Below the pieces are notes generated by a model. It was not told where the DNA came from. It did no database searches and was given only the letters and a program-made list of their open reading frames with translations. This document shows, in pieces, positions 40,601 to 53,263 of a stretch of 64,000 bases of DNA (position 1 is the first letter of the stretch; each line of letters starts with the position of its first letter). A program made the position numbers and the translations under genes. This DNA is from Macrostomum lignano (lineage: Eukaryota), in the NCBI GenBank assembly GCA_002269645.1, contig NIVC01003643.1, forward strand, positions 1-64,000, written 5' to 3'.

Positions 40601-43600
40601 GCAAGAATTCTCCCAGAATCTCCACTGAGATTTCCCCTGGGACCCCATGGAATTCCCCTCAGAATTCCCCACTGACAATGTTGCTCTAAAAGATTTCTGA
40701 AGAAAATCGATATTGATATTGAGCTGACCCTCAGGCACTCCAGCGGTTCCTGGCGCCTGACGGCCCAGTGCAGGAAGGTCCAGCCGGAGGCGTCCCGCTC
40801 CATGCCGTCGGCGAATTCGTTGACTTGGACCAGCCGGCTGAGGATGGCGAAGTGGTCGATGTTGTCGAGACGGCAGGCCCACATGGACGGCGTGGTCAGG
40901 TCTCTGTCCCGGACGCTGGGGTTGGCCCGGCTCTTCAACAGGATCTGCGGGGTGCGGCGATTCTCAGGATGAGACGATTCTCAGGGTGAGACGATTCTCA
41001 GGGTGAGACGATTCTCAGGGTGAGACGATTCTCCGGGTGAGACGGTTCTCGAGAGGAGATGATTCTCAGGGTGAGACGATTCTCGAGAGGAGATGATTCT
41101 CAGGGTGAGACGATTCTCAGGGTGAGACGATTCTCAGGATGAGACGATTCTCAGGGTGAGACGATTCTCAGGGTGAGACGATTCTCAGGATGAGACGATT
41201 CTCAGGGTGAGACGGTTCTCAGGGTGAGACGATTCTCAGGATGAGACGATTCTCCGGGTGAGACGGTTCTCGAGAGGAGATGATTCTCAGGGTGAGACGA
41301 TTCTCGAGAGGAGATGATTCTCAGGGTGAGACGATTCTCAGGGTGAGACGATTCTCAGGATGAGACGATTCTCAGGGTGAGACGATTCTCTGGGTGAGAC
41401 GATTCTCAGGGTGAGACGATTCTCAGGATGAGACGATTCTCAGGATGAGACGATTCTCCGGGTGAGACGGTTCTCGAGAGGAGATGATTCTCAGGGTGAG
41501 ACGATTCTCAGGGTGAGACGATTCTCCGGGTGAGACGGTTCTCGAGAGGAGACGATTCTCAGGGTGGGACGATTCTCAGGGTGAGACGATTCTCAGGGTG
41601 AGACGATTCTCAGGGTGAGACGATTCTCAGGGTGAGTTGATTCTTAGGATAAGACGATTCTCAGGATGAGACGATTCTCAGGATGAGACGATTCTCAGGA
41701 TGAGACGATTCTCAGGATGAGACGATTCTCAGGATGAGACGATTCTCAAGATGAGACGATTCTCAGGGTGAGACGATTCTCAGGGTGAGACGATTCTCAG
41801 GGTGAGACGATTCTCCGGGTGAGACGGTTCTCGAGAGGAGATGATTCTCAGGGTGAGACGATTCTCGAGAGGAGATGATTCTCAGGGTGAGACGATTCTC
41901 AGGGTGAGACGATTCTCAGGATGAGACGATTCTCAGGGTGAGACGATTCTCAGGGTGAGACGATTCTCAGGATGAGACGATTCTCAGGGTGAGACGGTTC
42001 TCAGGGTGAGACGATTCTCAGGATGAGACGATTCTCCGGGTGAGACGGTTCTCGAGAGGAGATGATTCTCAGGGTGAGACGATTCTCGAGAGGAGATGAT
42101 TCTCAGGGTGAGACGATTCTCAGGGTGAGACGATTCTCAGGATGAGACGATTCTCAGGGTGAGACGATTCTCTGGGTGAGACGATTCTCAGGGTGAGACG
42201 ATTCTCAGGATGAGACGATTCTCAGGATGAGACGATTCTCCGGGTGAGACGGTTCTCGAGAGGAGATGATTCTCAGGGTGAGACGATTCTCAGGGTGAGA
42301 CGATTCTCCGGGTGAGACGGTTCTCGAGAGGAGACGATTCTCAGGGTGGGACGATTCTCAGGGTGAGACGATTCTCAGGGTGAGACGATTCTCAGGGTGA
42401 GACGATTCTCAGGGTGAGTTGATTCTTAGGATAAGACGATTCTTAGGATGAGACGATTCTCAGGATGAGACGATTCTCAGGATGAGACGATTCTCAGGAT
42501 GAGACGATTCTCAGGATGAGACGATTCTCAAGATTAGATGATTCTCAGGGTGAGACGATTCTCAGGGTGAGACGATTCTCAGGGTGAGACGATTCTCAGG
42601 GTGAGACGATTCTCAGGGTGAGACGATTCTCAGGGTGAGACGATTCTCAGGATGAGACGATTCTTAGGATAAGACGATTCTCAGGATGAGACGATTCTCA
42701 AGATTAGATGATTCTTCGGGTGAGACGATTCTCAGGATGAAACGATTCTCAGGATGAGACGATTCTCAGGATGAGACGATTCTCAGGATGAGACGATTCT
42801 TAGGGTGAGACGATTCTCTGGGTGAGACGATTCTCTGGGTGAGACGGTTCTCGAGAGGAGACGATTCTCAGGGTGGGACGATTCTCAGGATGAGACGATT
42901 CTCAGGATGAGACGATTCTCAGGATAAGACGATTCTCAGGATGAGACAATTCTCAGGATGAGACGATTCGAACCTTACCTTCAGACACTCTGTGGTGTGC
43001 GTGGTGACGGCCCAATGCAGCGGTGCGCGCCCCATGCTGTCCTGACAGTCAACACTTGCCCTATGATTGACAAGCAGCTCGGTGAAATTCCACAGGCCTT
43101 TGTGAACGGCCAGGTGCAACGCTGTTGACTGATCTGGAAATATTGGATTCGAAGTTTACAGCTGCAAATCAGAGTGTCAAAGTCTGAGTCGAAGTCAAAT
43201 AGGGCTCAACTATTCGACAGATGGTGTAAACTTTTGGGACACCCGAAAGAAGGAAGCTGAGGACATCACTAGTCTATACGTAGTCTTAGGTATAGTCTCG
43301 CCTCAAACTGCACAGGCGCGCTTATGCAGCACACCCTACTGAACAAGCTGAGCTTTCAGTAGAGAAGCAAGAAAATTCAAAGAATTTTTAGCGGTGCAAT
43401 GCAAAAAACTGGAGTAAAATAAAATGCGAAACAGACCGTGCGCGACAGAGTTGACATCGGCACCGTGGCGGAGCAGCCAATCCGCGGTGTCGAACTGCTC
43501 GAACTGCACGGCGTACATCAGCAGGCCGCGGCCCATGCCGTCGCACTCGTCCAGGCAGGCCGGGTCTGCCACGGAAAGGAGAGAGAAGGGAGAGAGAGAG

Positions 43601-46600
43601 AGTGAGAGAGAGAGCTCGAGAACAATGGCAGCTCGGTGGCAGCAAATGGACTTGGCAATTTAGAGAAAAGAAGAGAAGTGACAGAAGGGTGACGAGAGGT
43701 GCGCGCACCCGATATTTGTATCAAACAATTGAATCAAGAGCAGTGTGAGAGAGAGAGGCAGTGAGTGTGGCAGAGCAGAGCCAGACCCGACCGTTTTTTT
43801 AAGACTTTTATGCAGTCATTTTTCTCTCATTTCTGATTCCGCTCCGTCACCCCACCCTCGCATATATGCGGCTGCCTGCTGCCTATTATTGGCGAGTCAA
43901 AGGCGCTCTCAGTGTGGCGGCCCCATGCTGAGCTTTTCATTGCTTTCCCGCATGCTGTAGGCCCCGTGTCTGGTTAATAGGCAGCTGCTTATTAGATATG
44001 AATCTGGGCTGCACTCAGGTGTGAATTGCATTAATGCGTTATTCCTAGAAATTGATGAAATATTGCAGTTTACACCTGCACCAGTCCAACCAGTCCAACC
44101 GGTATCTAACCAGCACCTATGGGTGTCCAACCAGTATCTAAACAGCACCTATGGGTGTCCAACCGGTATCTAACCAGCACCTATGGGTGTCCAACCGATA
44201 TCTAAACAGCACCTATGGGTGTCCAACCAGTATCTAAACAGCACCTATGGGTGTCCAACCGGTATCTAACCAGCACCTATGGGTGTCCAACCGATATCTA
44301 AACAGCACCTATGGGTGTCCAACCGGTAGCTAAACAGCACCTATGGGTGTCCAACCGGTAGCTAAACAGCACCTATGGGTGTCCAACCGGTATCTAAACA
44401 ACACCTATGGGTGTCCAACCGGTATCTAAACAGCACCTATGGGTGTCCAACCGGTATCTAAACAGCACACCTAACAGAGCTTTGCAGCAACCCACGGCAC
44501 CGCATAATCCAACAAACTCTAGAAATATTCGCTCTGGCCTTAGCTGTCGCCATTGAGTACTTCTAACAATGCATTTATCTGTACTCAACAGCATATTATG
44601 CCCCAAAAATTACAACTCCGCCAATCAACTTTGAGTGGCGGACTCAAGACTTCTAGGGCGCATTTGTTTTTACTAAAATCGAAAAATGGTAAAGATCTCT
44701 GCCAAAACACCCAGTGTTTTGTCTCCCGCCCCTGACCCGCCTTTGGTATCCCACCCCTGGTAGCCCCTGGTCTCCCGACCCTGGTCTCCCGACCCTGGTC
44801 TCCCGACCCTGGTCTCCCGACCCTGGTCTCCCGACCCTGGTCTCCCGACCCTGGTCTCCCGACCCTGGTCTCCCGACCCTGGTCTCCCGACCCTGGTCTC
44901 CCGACCCTGGTCTCCCGACCCTGGTCTCCCGACCCTGGTCTCCCGACCCTGGTCTCCCGACCCTGGTCTCCCGACCCTGGTCTCCCGACCCTGGTCTCCC
45001 GACCCTGGTCTCCCGACCCTGGTCTCCCGACCCTGGTCTCCCGACCCTGGTCTCCCGACCCTGGTCTCCCGACCCTGGTCTCCCGACCCTGGTCTCCCGA
45101 CCCTGGTCTCCCGACCCTGGTCTCCCGACCCTGGTCTCCCGACCCTGGTCTCCCGACCCTGGTCTCCCGACCCTGGTCTCCCGACCCTGGTCTCCCGACC
45201 CTGGTCTCCCGACCCTGGTCTCCCGACCCTGGTCTCCCGACCCTGGTCTCCCGACCCTGGTCTCCCGACCCTGGTCTCCCGACCCTGGTCTCCCGACCCT
45301 GGTCTCCCGACCCTGGTCTCCCGACCCTGGTCTCCCGACCCTGGTCTCCCGACCCTGGTCTCCCGACCCTGGTCTCCCGACCCTGGTCTCCCGACCCTGG
45401 TCTCCCGACCCTGGTCTCCCGACCCTGGTCTCCCGACCCTGGTCTCCCGACCCTGGTCTCCCGACCCTGGTCTCCCGACCCTGGTCTCCCGACCCTGGTC
45501 TCCCGACCCTGGTCTCCCGACCCTGGTCTCCCGACCCTGGTCTCCCGACCCTGGTCTCCCGACCCTGGTCTCCCGACCCTGGTCTCCCGACCCTGGTCTC
45601 CCGACCCTGGTCTCCCGACCCTGGTCTCCCGACCCTGGTCTCCCGACCCTGGTCTCCCGACCCTGGTCTCCCGACCCTGGTCTCCCGACCCTGGTCTCCC
45701 GACCCTGGTCTCCCGACCCTGGTCTCCCGACCCTGGTCTCCCGACCCTGGTCTCCCGACCCTGGTCTCCCGACCCTGGTCTCCCGACCCTGGTCTCCCGA
45801 CCCTGGTCTCCCGACCCTGGTCTCCCGACCCTGGTCTCCCGACCCTGGTCTCCCGACCCTGGTCTCCCGACCCTGGTCTCCCGACCCTGGTCTCCCGACC
45901 CTGGTCTCCCGACCCTGGTCTCCCGACCCTGGTCTCCCGACCCTGGTCTCCCGACCCTGGTCTCCCGACCCTGGTCTCCCGACCCTGGTCTCCCGACCCT
46001 GGTCTCCCGACCCTGGTCTCCCGACCCTGGTCTCCCGACCCTGGTCTCCCGACCCTGGTCTCCCGACCCTGGTCTCCCGACCCTGGTCTCCCGACCCTGG
46101 TCTCCCGACCCTGGTCTCCCGACCCTGGTCTCCCGACCCTGGTCTCCCTCCCTGGTCTCCCGACCCTGGTCTCCCTCCCTGGTCTCCCGACCCTGGTCTC
46201 CCGCCCTGGTCTCCCGACCCTGGTCTCCGCCCCTGGTCTCCCGACCCTGGTATCCCGCCCCTGGTCTCCGCCCCTGGTCTCCCGCCCCTGGTCTCCCGCC
46301 CCTGGTCTCTGCCCCTGGTCTCCGCCCCTGGTCTCCGCCCCTGGTCTCCGTACTGTTGCTGTGCAGAGCTTTCAGAGTCTCCAAGTCGCCAGTTTTGCTG
46401 GCGCTGAGTGCCAGAGACATGCCCAGAGGCAAGCCAGGCTCCTGAGACCGCAGCAGGCTCATCCTCCGGCCTTCGAGGTCCTGCCAGCGCCACTCGAATC
46501 GTTCCGGCCGTTCCACGGGCGGCGTCATTGGCGACAGTCCCCGCAGAGACGAGTTGCTTAGCGACGCGTTGTCTTTGTCCCGGTTTTCTAAGCGGCGACG

Positions 46601-46696
46601 CAGGTACCGATAGTACTTCTGCATGTGCAGCAAAGCCAAGTTCAGGGCGTCGCGGACTTCGGCGCATTCCGGTGTAGAGTCGAGTTTCAACAGAAA
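34616..46696 (-). CDS. Ankyrin-repeat protein, inversin/ANKRD55-like; exons 46696-46354, 43565-43437, 43133-42979, 40944-40729, 40576-40501, 40380-40237, 39500-39328, 39121-38864, 38523-~37893, 36707-36362, 35646-35418, 34756-34616; 5' end unresolved
   Basis: Spliced repeats SASKTGDLETLKALHSNNPACLDECDGMGRGLLMYAV, DQSTALHLAVHKG, GRAPLHWAV, SGWTFLHWAV, GKNVLMVAAEQGSLPACKII, SRSAVHLATIGGHGEVLNFLLDQGAD resemble the inversin N-terminus. Twelve exons join with GT-AG and consistent phases into a Q/P/S-rich tail ending HHQQQQQ*. Confidence 0.82.
34760..35110. repeat. Minisatellite, 24-nt unit GTAGATTGTGCAGTAGTTTGTGGT (last intron of ankyrin gene)
   Basis: Directly visible. Confidence 0.9.
35675..36235. 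repeat. Degenerate 12/15-nt repeat with core GATTCTCCTGGAG (intronic)
   Basis: Directly visible. Confidence 0.85.
36737..37812. repeat. G-rich minisatellite, 16-nt unit GTGAGGGGTTGGCTGG, ~67 copies (intronic)
   Basis: Directly visible. Confidence 0.98.
38535..38677. repeat. 16-nt tandem TGGCTGAGTGACACAT, ~9 copies (intronic)
   Basis: Directly visible. Confidence 0.95.
39189..39260 (+). repeat. Short interstitial telomere-like (TTAGGG)n tract
   Basis: GGTTAGGGTTAGGGTTAGGGTTAGGGTTAG plus degenerate flanks. Confidence 0.8.
39518..40223. repeat. 16-nt minisatellite GGAGTGACAG(G/A)CTGAT (intronic)
   Basis: Directly visible. Confidence 0.97.
40960..42968. repeat. 17-nt minisatellite GGGTGAGACGATTCTCA, ~118 copies, with a 782-bp higher-order duplication (intronic)
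   Basis: Directly visible; the diagnostic variant GAGTTGATTCTTAGGATAAG recurs 782 nt apart. Confidence 0.97.
44090..44470. repeat. 32-nt minisatellite GGGTGTCCAACCGGTATCTAAACAGCACCTAT (intronic)
   Basis: Directly visible. Confidence 0.95.
44755..46349. repeat. 14-nt minisatellite CTGGTCTCCCGACC; ~98 apparently identical copies then a degenerate tail (intronic)
   Basis: Directly visible; 14-aa periodicity in the pseudo-ORFs equals 3 x 14 nt. Confidence 0.98.
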
Positions 46697-48571
46697 CTGA
46701 TGGATGTAAGCAGATGTTTTCTGAAAGTCTGAAAAGGTAACCGTGTATTTTAGGGTGAATTATTTGAATTATTAGATACGCTTTAGCCAATTTTGAGAGT
46801 TATGGCTCAAAAGCTCAGTAGCCATTTTGAGAGTTGGTATGAAAATAAAACACGACAAAACAAACGATTCGTTGCTAAAACTATTTTATATTCATAGCAT
46901 TATCAAAAACTTTGTGTAATTTTTATTCTTTTATAATTTACACTCTAATCATTTTAAAGTTTTTCCCTATTCTCTGGTAATTACTGACAAAGGCCTTGAG
47001 GCGCCTTATAAGCCGACTAATCTACCAACCAATTAAATTTGAGTATAATGGTCACAAACATAAAGGCCATATATTTGTCCGCAAGTCCTTTAATTTGTAG
47101 GGCTATGCAGAAAAATACACCAAAATGTTGCTCACATAGGGGAAAAAGTTGACGCAGGGAATTATTATCCACGACCACTTTACACTTACCTTTTCTTTTC
47201 ACTGCCATAGTAAGCCGTGAGCGTTTTACTGTGTGAAATAACCTGACTCGAATGATGACTTTTTAGCCATCGATAAGGGATGGTGACAAAGTCACCTGAA
47301 TTGCAGTGTTTGTTTTTATCAGTGACAATATTGTGATAGCGGTGGTAAGATTTTTTTTAAATAATTTTTCAACAGAACTGAAGTTAAAAATTAGGTTTCG
47401 TAAACAACCTAAAGAAACTTCGTTTTTTAACAAATTTTTATTTAAAACTTTTGCAAACTTGTGTTTATTTATTAAGTTCTAAAGATAGTTTAAAATAATT
47501 ATTTTCATGGCTAACTACGCCACTGTTTTAGTAAAACTAATTTAAAATTCACGTAATAATTCAAAGTGTACATTCAGATCTAGATGTGTCCGGCGTGTAA
47601 AATTCTACTTAATTAGAATTAATTTAATTCGTATATTCGTAGATTGGAGATTTAGTAAATTTGATTGGGCAATGGCCTAAATAATTGTTTGCTTGAGCAA
47701 GAGTACGAAATGCTACTACTAACACCACTAGGCCGTCTAGGGCCAACCCTCCTAGACTTGCTTCTGACTCCGAAAAAATAAAAATAGTAAGAAGAAAAGT
47801 GTTATTCTGGTCGTTGGGGCCAGAGCTACGTGTCTGAAATATTAGTTTTGTGTTTTTAGCAATAAATAATAAAACTAAATAATATTTAATTAGGTGGTAT
47901 GCAAGACAATGACTTAATAAGTCAAGAGAGGTGAAGCACATGTTAACACAATGCCAATGGCTACCAATATCACTGAATGCACATGTGACATAGCACATTA
48001 TATGCCCTGGTTATCAAAAAATCGCATATTTCTCAGAATGTCTGTTGGCTAGTTTTATACTAGAGGATTCTAACCTTAAATAGACCAATAGGTCAGAATT
48101 AGTAAGAACTATTATTATTATAGGCCTAGTCATATAAAACTTTGGCCTAGGCCCTAGTCATTGTAAATTACATAGGCCTAGGCCCTAATCAACTTCAACT
48201 TGCTATATATAAATATATAGAGTCTAGGTTACCTGTATTTCAATTTATTTTTTAGCATTAGAATCTTTATCAAGCAGTGGTATTAAAATAAAAAAACCAA
48301 AATTTCAAAAAAATATAAAATAACTAGGCTTATATTAAAAAGAAAATTTCAAAAAAGTATTTTAATTTGTTTTTTATGTTTATATTGGTAAATATTACAG
48401 TTTAAAATAAATTGTTTTTTAATCCCCATTTATAAAAAAAAAACATTTTTAGCTATGAACCATATAAAATTGTTTATCTATATTTATAGTTTTTTATTTC
48501 AACTTTATTTACATTGTAGGATTTTTTAACTATAGTAGGCCCTAGTATAGATACAACTACAAAAGGTTACA

Positions 48572-48864
48572 CATGCATGCGCAACAGTCGGGTGAGTCGG
48601 CCGAGTCGGCCAATCCAGCCGACCAATTTGGCGGCCAACCAAGGAAGTCACAAAAATGCCCACCCGAAAAAAGAATATAGTAGTACTAAGTAGCTACTAA
48701 GTAGCTGATGAGGCATTTTGGCTTAATAAGACAGTCATAGTTACTCCTGCCGTTTACCCAAAGTTGAGTTAATTTAGCTTTAGGGTTTTTTTACATCTAA
48801 GTTGCATTTTTGGCCAAAAACTAAGTCGCATGGCCGACCGAATTTTGGAGGTTGCGCATGTATG
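48572..48864. mobile_element. hAT-type MITE, 293 bp
   Basis: 14-bp TIRs CATGCATGCGCAAC / GTTGCGCATGTATG (1 mismatch), flanked by an exact 8-bp TSD AGGTTACA (48564-48571 and 48865-48872); subterminal TCGGCC/GGCCGA motifs. Confidence 0.88.
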
Positions 48865-49511
48865 AGGTTACAGATATGGAAATTTTTAGACAAAGCATAT
48901 AGATATGATTATAATTATATAAACACATTTTCTATCTAGTTCCTATATCTAATAGTACAATTCAACTGAGACTTGAAAGACCATTGGAGCTGTTGATTTG
49001 ATAGGGTTAGAGATGAATGAAAGTTGCCCCTAGCTTTTAATGATGTTAATCTCAATGGCAAAGTGCCTCTATCATTCCCAATTATATAGTAAGAAAGTAA
49101 AGAATGGCAGCAATAATTTAACCTATCACTCATTGACAGTGTCTCATTTATGAATTGTATAGGAAAATAGCTGAGATTGTCTTCATCTTAACTTTAGCCT
49201 CCACCACCATTGAAAATCTCTGTTGCTTGAGTCCCCAACTACAATGAAAGTGAGAACAGTGGATGCATGGGCAATGCTACTGGATATGGCAGACTCTACT
49301 AACTAACATCTATTATAGACTCCAAGCTGACTTCCCAAGATCCAGTGATCCTTGATCCTTATTTCCATGCTGAATCCCAATTATCCCCTTGTCCCAAAGA
49401 ATCGCAAAGTGCAAAATCCTTACTGGATCGCATGCATGCTTTAGGCACAGTGCAGCTGCGGTGTGAAGGAGAACCCACCTGAGTATCGATAATTATCCAG
49501 TCCGCCAGTCC

Positions 49512-51039
49512 ATGGCCTCCCGCGCCGGGCCCAGGGCCGCCGGTTCTGATGGCTCAGATTTTGTTCACCGCGAAGTCATCGAGCTGCGCCATCGGATCAG
49601 CTCGGTGCTCAAGCCCCGAGTTCGCGTGCTCAGCTTCATCCACTCGCTGCTGCTGCTGGCCGCCGGGGCCAGGGTCTTCGCCCGTCCGGCCAGCCTGCCC
49701 TCAGTGACCCCGGCTGACCTCGCCTGGCTGGCCTCCGGCCTGGCGCCAATGGCCGCCCTGCTTGCGCTGCCGAGGAACCGCACCTGGCCTCTCCGGTGCG
49801 CAATCGCCTGCCACCTGGCCTGCGGTCTGGCGCCAATCGTTTGGACTGTCTGGCGCCACGCCGCCGATCTGCACGATTTTGTGTCCACCAGGCGGGATGA
49901 GTACCGCCTGCCCTTGGGAGACCTGCCGTACACGCCTGTGCTCTACCTGTTCCTGTCGGTCTGTCTGCAGGTGAGATTAGGTTTTGGCTGGGGCGATGAG
50001 CAAATAGGTTAAGTAATTACTTCTGATTCCTATCTCCCGCCCACCAGATTCCTAGAATCGCCCTCTCCTGACCAGATCGCTAGAATCGCCCTCTCCTGAC
50101 CAGAACGCAAGAATCGCCCTCTCCTGACCAGATCGCTAGAATCGCTCTCTCCTGACCAGATTGCTAGAATCGCCCTCTCCTGACCAGATTGCTAGAATCG
50201 CCCTCTCCTGACCAGATCGCTAGAATCGCCCTCTCCTGACCAGAACGCTAGAATCGCCCTCTCCTGACCAGATCGCTAGAATCGCCCTCTCCTGACCAGA
50301 TCGCTAGAATCGCCCTCTCCTGACCAGATCGCTAGAATCGCCCTCTCCCGACCAGATCGCTAGAATCGCCCTCTCCTGACCAGATCGCTAGAATCGCCCT
50401 CTCCTGACCAGATCGCTAGAATCGCCCTCTCCTGACCAGATCGCTAGAATCGCCCTCTCCTGACCAGATCGCTAGAATCGCCCTCTCCTGACCAGATCGC
50501 TAGAATCGCCCTCTCCTGACCAGATCGCTAGAATCGCCCTCTCCTGACCAGATCGCTAGAATCGCCCTCTCCTGACCAGATCGCTAGAATCGCCCTCTCC
50601 TGACCAGATCGCTAGAATCGCCCTCTCCTGACCAGATCGCTAGAATCGCCCTCTCCCGACCAGATCGCTAGAATCGCCCTCTCCTGACCAGATTGCTAGA
50701 ATCGCCCTCTCCTGACCAGATCGCTAGAATCGCCCTCTCCTGACCAGATCGCTAGAATCGCCCTCTCCTGACCAGATCGCTAGAATCGCCCTCTCCTGAC
50801 CAGATCGCTAGAATCGCCCTCTCCTGACCAGATCGCTAGAATCGCCCTCTCCTGACCAGATCGCTAGAATCGCCCTCTCCTGACCAGATCGCTAGAATCG
50901 TGAATCAAGCCAGCACCCCAATAACTGCCAGGTGCACGGGTTCAGCCTATACTACTGCTGGCGTCTGTTGCGCGCCTGGTCGCCCCGTGCCGCAACAAGT
51001 TCAGCCGCCGCGAATTCTGCCGGAAAGAAGCGATCTTAA
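49512..51039 (+). CDS. JAGN1: Jagunal homolog, ER membrane protein; join(49512..49970,50932..51039), 188 aa
   Basis: N-terminus MASRAGPRAAGSDGSDFVHRE is nearly identical to JAGN1; FPRN-like LPRN; spliced CLQ|VHGFSLYYCWRLLRAW; C-terminal KKxx ER-retrieval signal (GKKRS*). Confidence 0.95.
50045..50900. repeat. 28-nt minisatellite GACCAGATCGCTAGAATCGCCCTCTCCT, ~30 copies (JAGN1 intron)
   Basis: Directly visible. Confidence 0.97.
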
Positions 51040-51549
51040 AAACGCTTTGTCAAATTGTCAGCCAATCTGGTCTGGATGAAATCGGACTGAAGTTTTGCTA
51101 ACAGCGCTGCTTGCTGCTTTAATAATAAAATTTAGTCTGTTTTATTTTACTTTACTTTCAGCAAACCGAATAGCGATAAAGGAATTGTATTAATTAAGAT
51201 TTGACTGTATTCAAATTTTTAGTCTGACCCTTGCTTCTCTTGCTTGTTGGCTATTTATAAATATACCTGTGCATGTTGCTGCGGCAACCAATCCCGGGCG
51301 GTGGGTGCGCTTGCTCTGCTATCAATAGTTGGGGCAGCTTTCGGTTTCTGACTTAAAACCAAAGTTTCCTTTGCATCCGTTGGTTTTTGTTGTTAACCAG
51401 TTGCTTATAGTTGATATAAATTTGAATGCCTAGTGTCGATTATTGAAGTGCAGCTTCTACCGACTATTGCCATATTATTTATCGGCTCGGGTTGTGTAAA
51501 TCACATATTGTTGAAGTATGTTGATTTATTGACGTTATCAAAATAAGTA

Positions 51550-52170
51550 GACTCGCTCCTCTGAGCAGTTCTCCCCGAAGACTCGCCCCTATGAGCAGTT
51601 CTCCCCAAAGACTCGCCCCTCTGAGCAGTTCTCCCCAAAGACTCGCTCCTCTGAGCAGTTCTCCCCGAAGACTCGCTCCTCTGAGCAGTTCTCCCCAAAG
51701 ACTCGCCCCTCTGAGCAGTTCTCCCCAAAGACTCGCCCCTCTGAGCAGTTCTCCCCAAAGACTCGCCCCTATGAGCAGTTCTCCCCGAAGACTCGCTCCT
51801 CTGAGCAGTTCTCCCCGAAGACGCCCCTATGAGCAGTTCTCCCCAAAGACTCGCCCCTCTGAGCAGTTCTCCCCAAAGACTCGCCCCTCTGAGCAGTTCT
51901 CCACAAAGACTCGCCCCTCTGATCAGTTCTCCACAAAGACTCGCCCCTCTGAGCAGTTCTCCCCAAAACTCGCCCCTCTGAGCAGTTCTCCACAAAGACT
52001 CGCCCCTCTGAGCAGTTCTCCCCAAAACTCGCCCCTCTGAGCAGTTCTCCCCAAAACTCGCCCCTCTGAGCAGTTCTCCCCAAAACTCGCCCCTCTGAGC
52101 AGTTCTCCACAAAGACTCGCCCCTCTGAGCAGTTCTCCCCAAAGACTCGCCCCTCTGAGCAGTTCTCCCA
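51550..52170. repeat. ~30-nt minisatellite CTCGCCCCTCTGAGCAGTTCTCCCCAAAGA
   Basis: Directly visible. Confidence 0.96.
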
Positions 52171-52699
52171 AAAAATCACCCCAAAAATCACGAGACGAAT
52201 CAATGAAGTTATGCAGGTAGAGGTTTTTATATTTATAGTTTATTATATATTTACACGTACGCAGCTTTCTAGCTCAGGACTACATGTAATGGTATCGTGT
52301 ACATCGCTTAACATGACAGTGAACATTAATTCTTATGAAGTTGAAAACTAACAGATGCGATTGAATATACATGTACACACTGCCACAAACACGGACTACA
52401 CGTCTGTATATGATGGGGAATTATTGATAACAAGATTGTTGCGAGGCGCAGAACGGATGTAATTATCATGGCGGCTGTACCGCACATTTATCTACTATGC
52501 GAGTACATGTTTGCATGGTCCTGTGTACTCGTAGTTTTACTAGATGAGAAATGAGTACTCTTAAAAAACTGAAAACCTCCCATTTCATTAAAAAAGGGGC
52601 TACGAGTTTTTTTAAAACTGAAAATTTTTAAGTACTATAAATATGTAATGCTATACCAGTATACGAGTACACATGTATGTGATTCTTAGGGGCGTAGCC

Positions 52700-53115
52700 A
52701 GGAGAGACTCCGTCATCACTAAGGGGCGTCAGCATCACAAGGGCGTCATCATCATCACCACTAGGGACACCATAATCATCACCAGGGACACCATCCATCA
52801 CTAAGGGCGCCATCATCATCATCACAAGGGGCACCATCATCATCATCACTATTGGCGCTATCATCATTATCATCACTAAGGGCGCCATCATCATCATCAC
52901 TAAGGGCGCCATCATCATCATCACTATTAGCGCTATCATCATCATCATCAATAAGGGCGCCATCATCATAATCACTAGGGGCGCCATCATCATCATCACT
53001 AAGTGGCATCATCATCATCACTAGTGGCATCATCTTCATCACTAAGTGGCATCATCATCATCACTAGTGGCATCATCTTCATCACTAAGTGGCATCATCA
53101 TCATCACTAGAGGCG
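52700..53115. repeat. Degenerate (CAT)n-based repeat, CATCATCATCATCACTAAGGGCGC
   Basis: Directly visible; lies just downstream of the IRF2BP stop. Confidence 0.88.
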
Positions 53116-53263
53116 CCAGCGCCAGGGTCGCCAAAGCTAATGGTCAGCGGGCGCCACATACATGTACTTTTCCCACCCAACCGGTGGGGGGCCGCGGCCC
53201 TCCTTGCCCCCTCCCTGGCTGCGCCCGTGTCAGTCCGGGGCCCATTCGGACCCGCAGTCCAGC

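Noticed and set aside
44585-46790. 700-aa collagen/RGG-like ORFs
   Set aside because: Read-through of a real exon (46696-46354) into a 14-nt intronic array; the donor at 46353 restores the ankyrin repeat.
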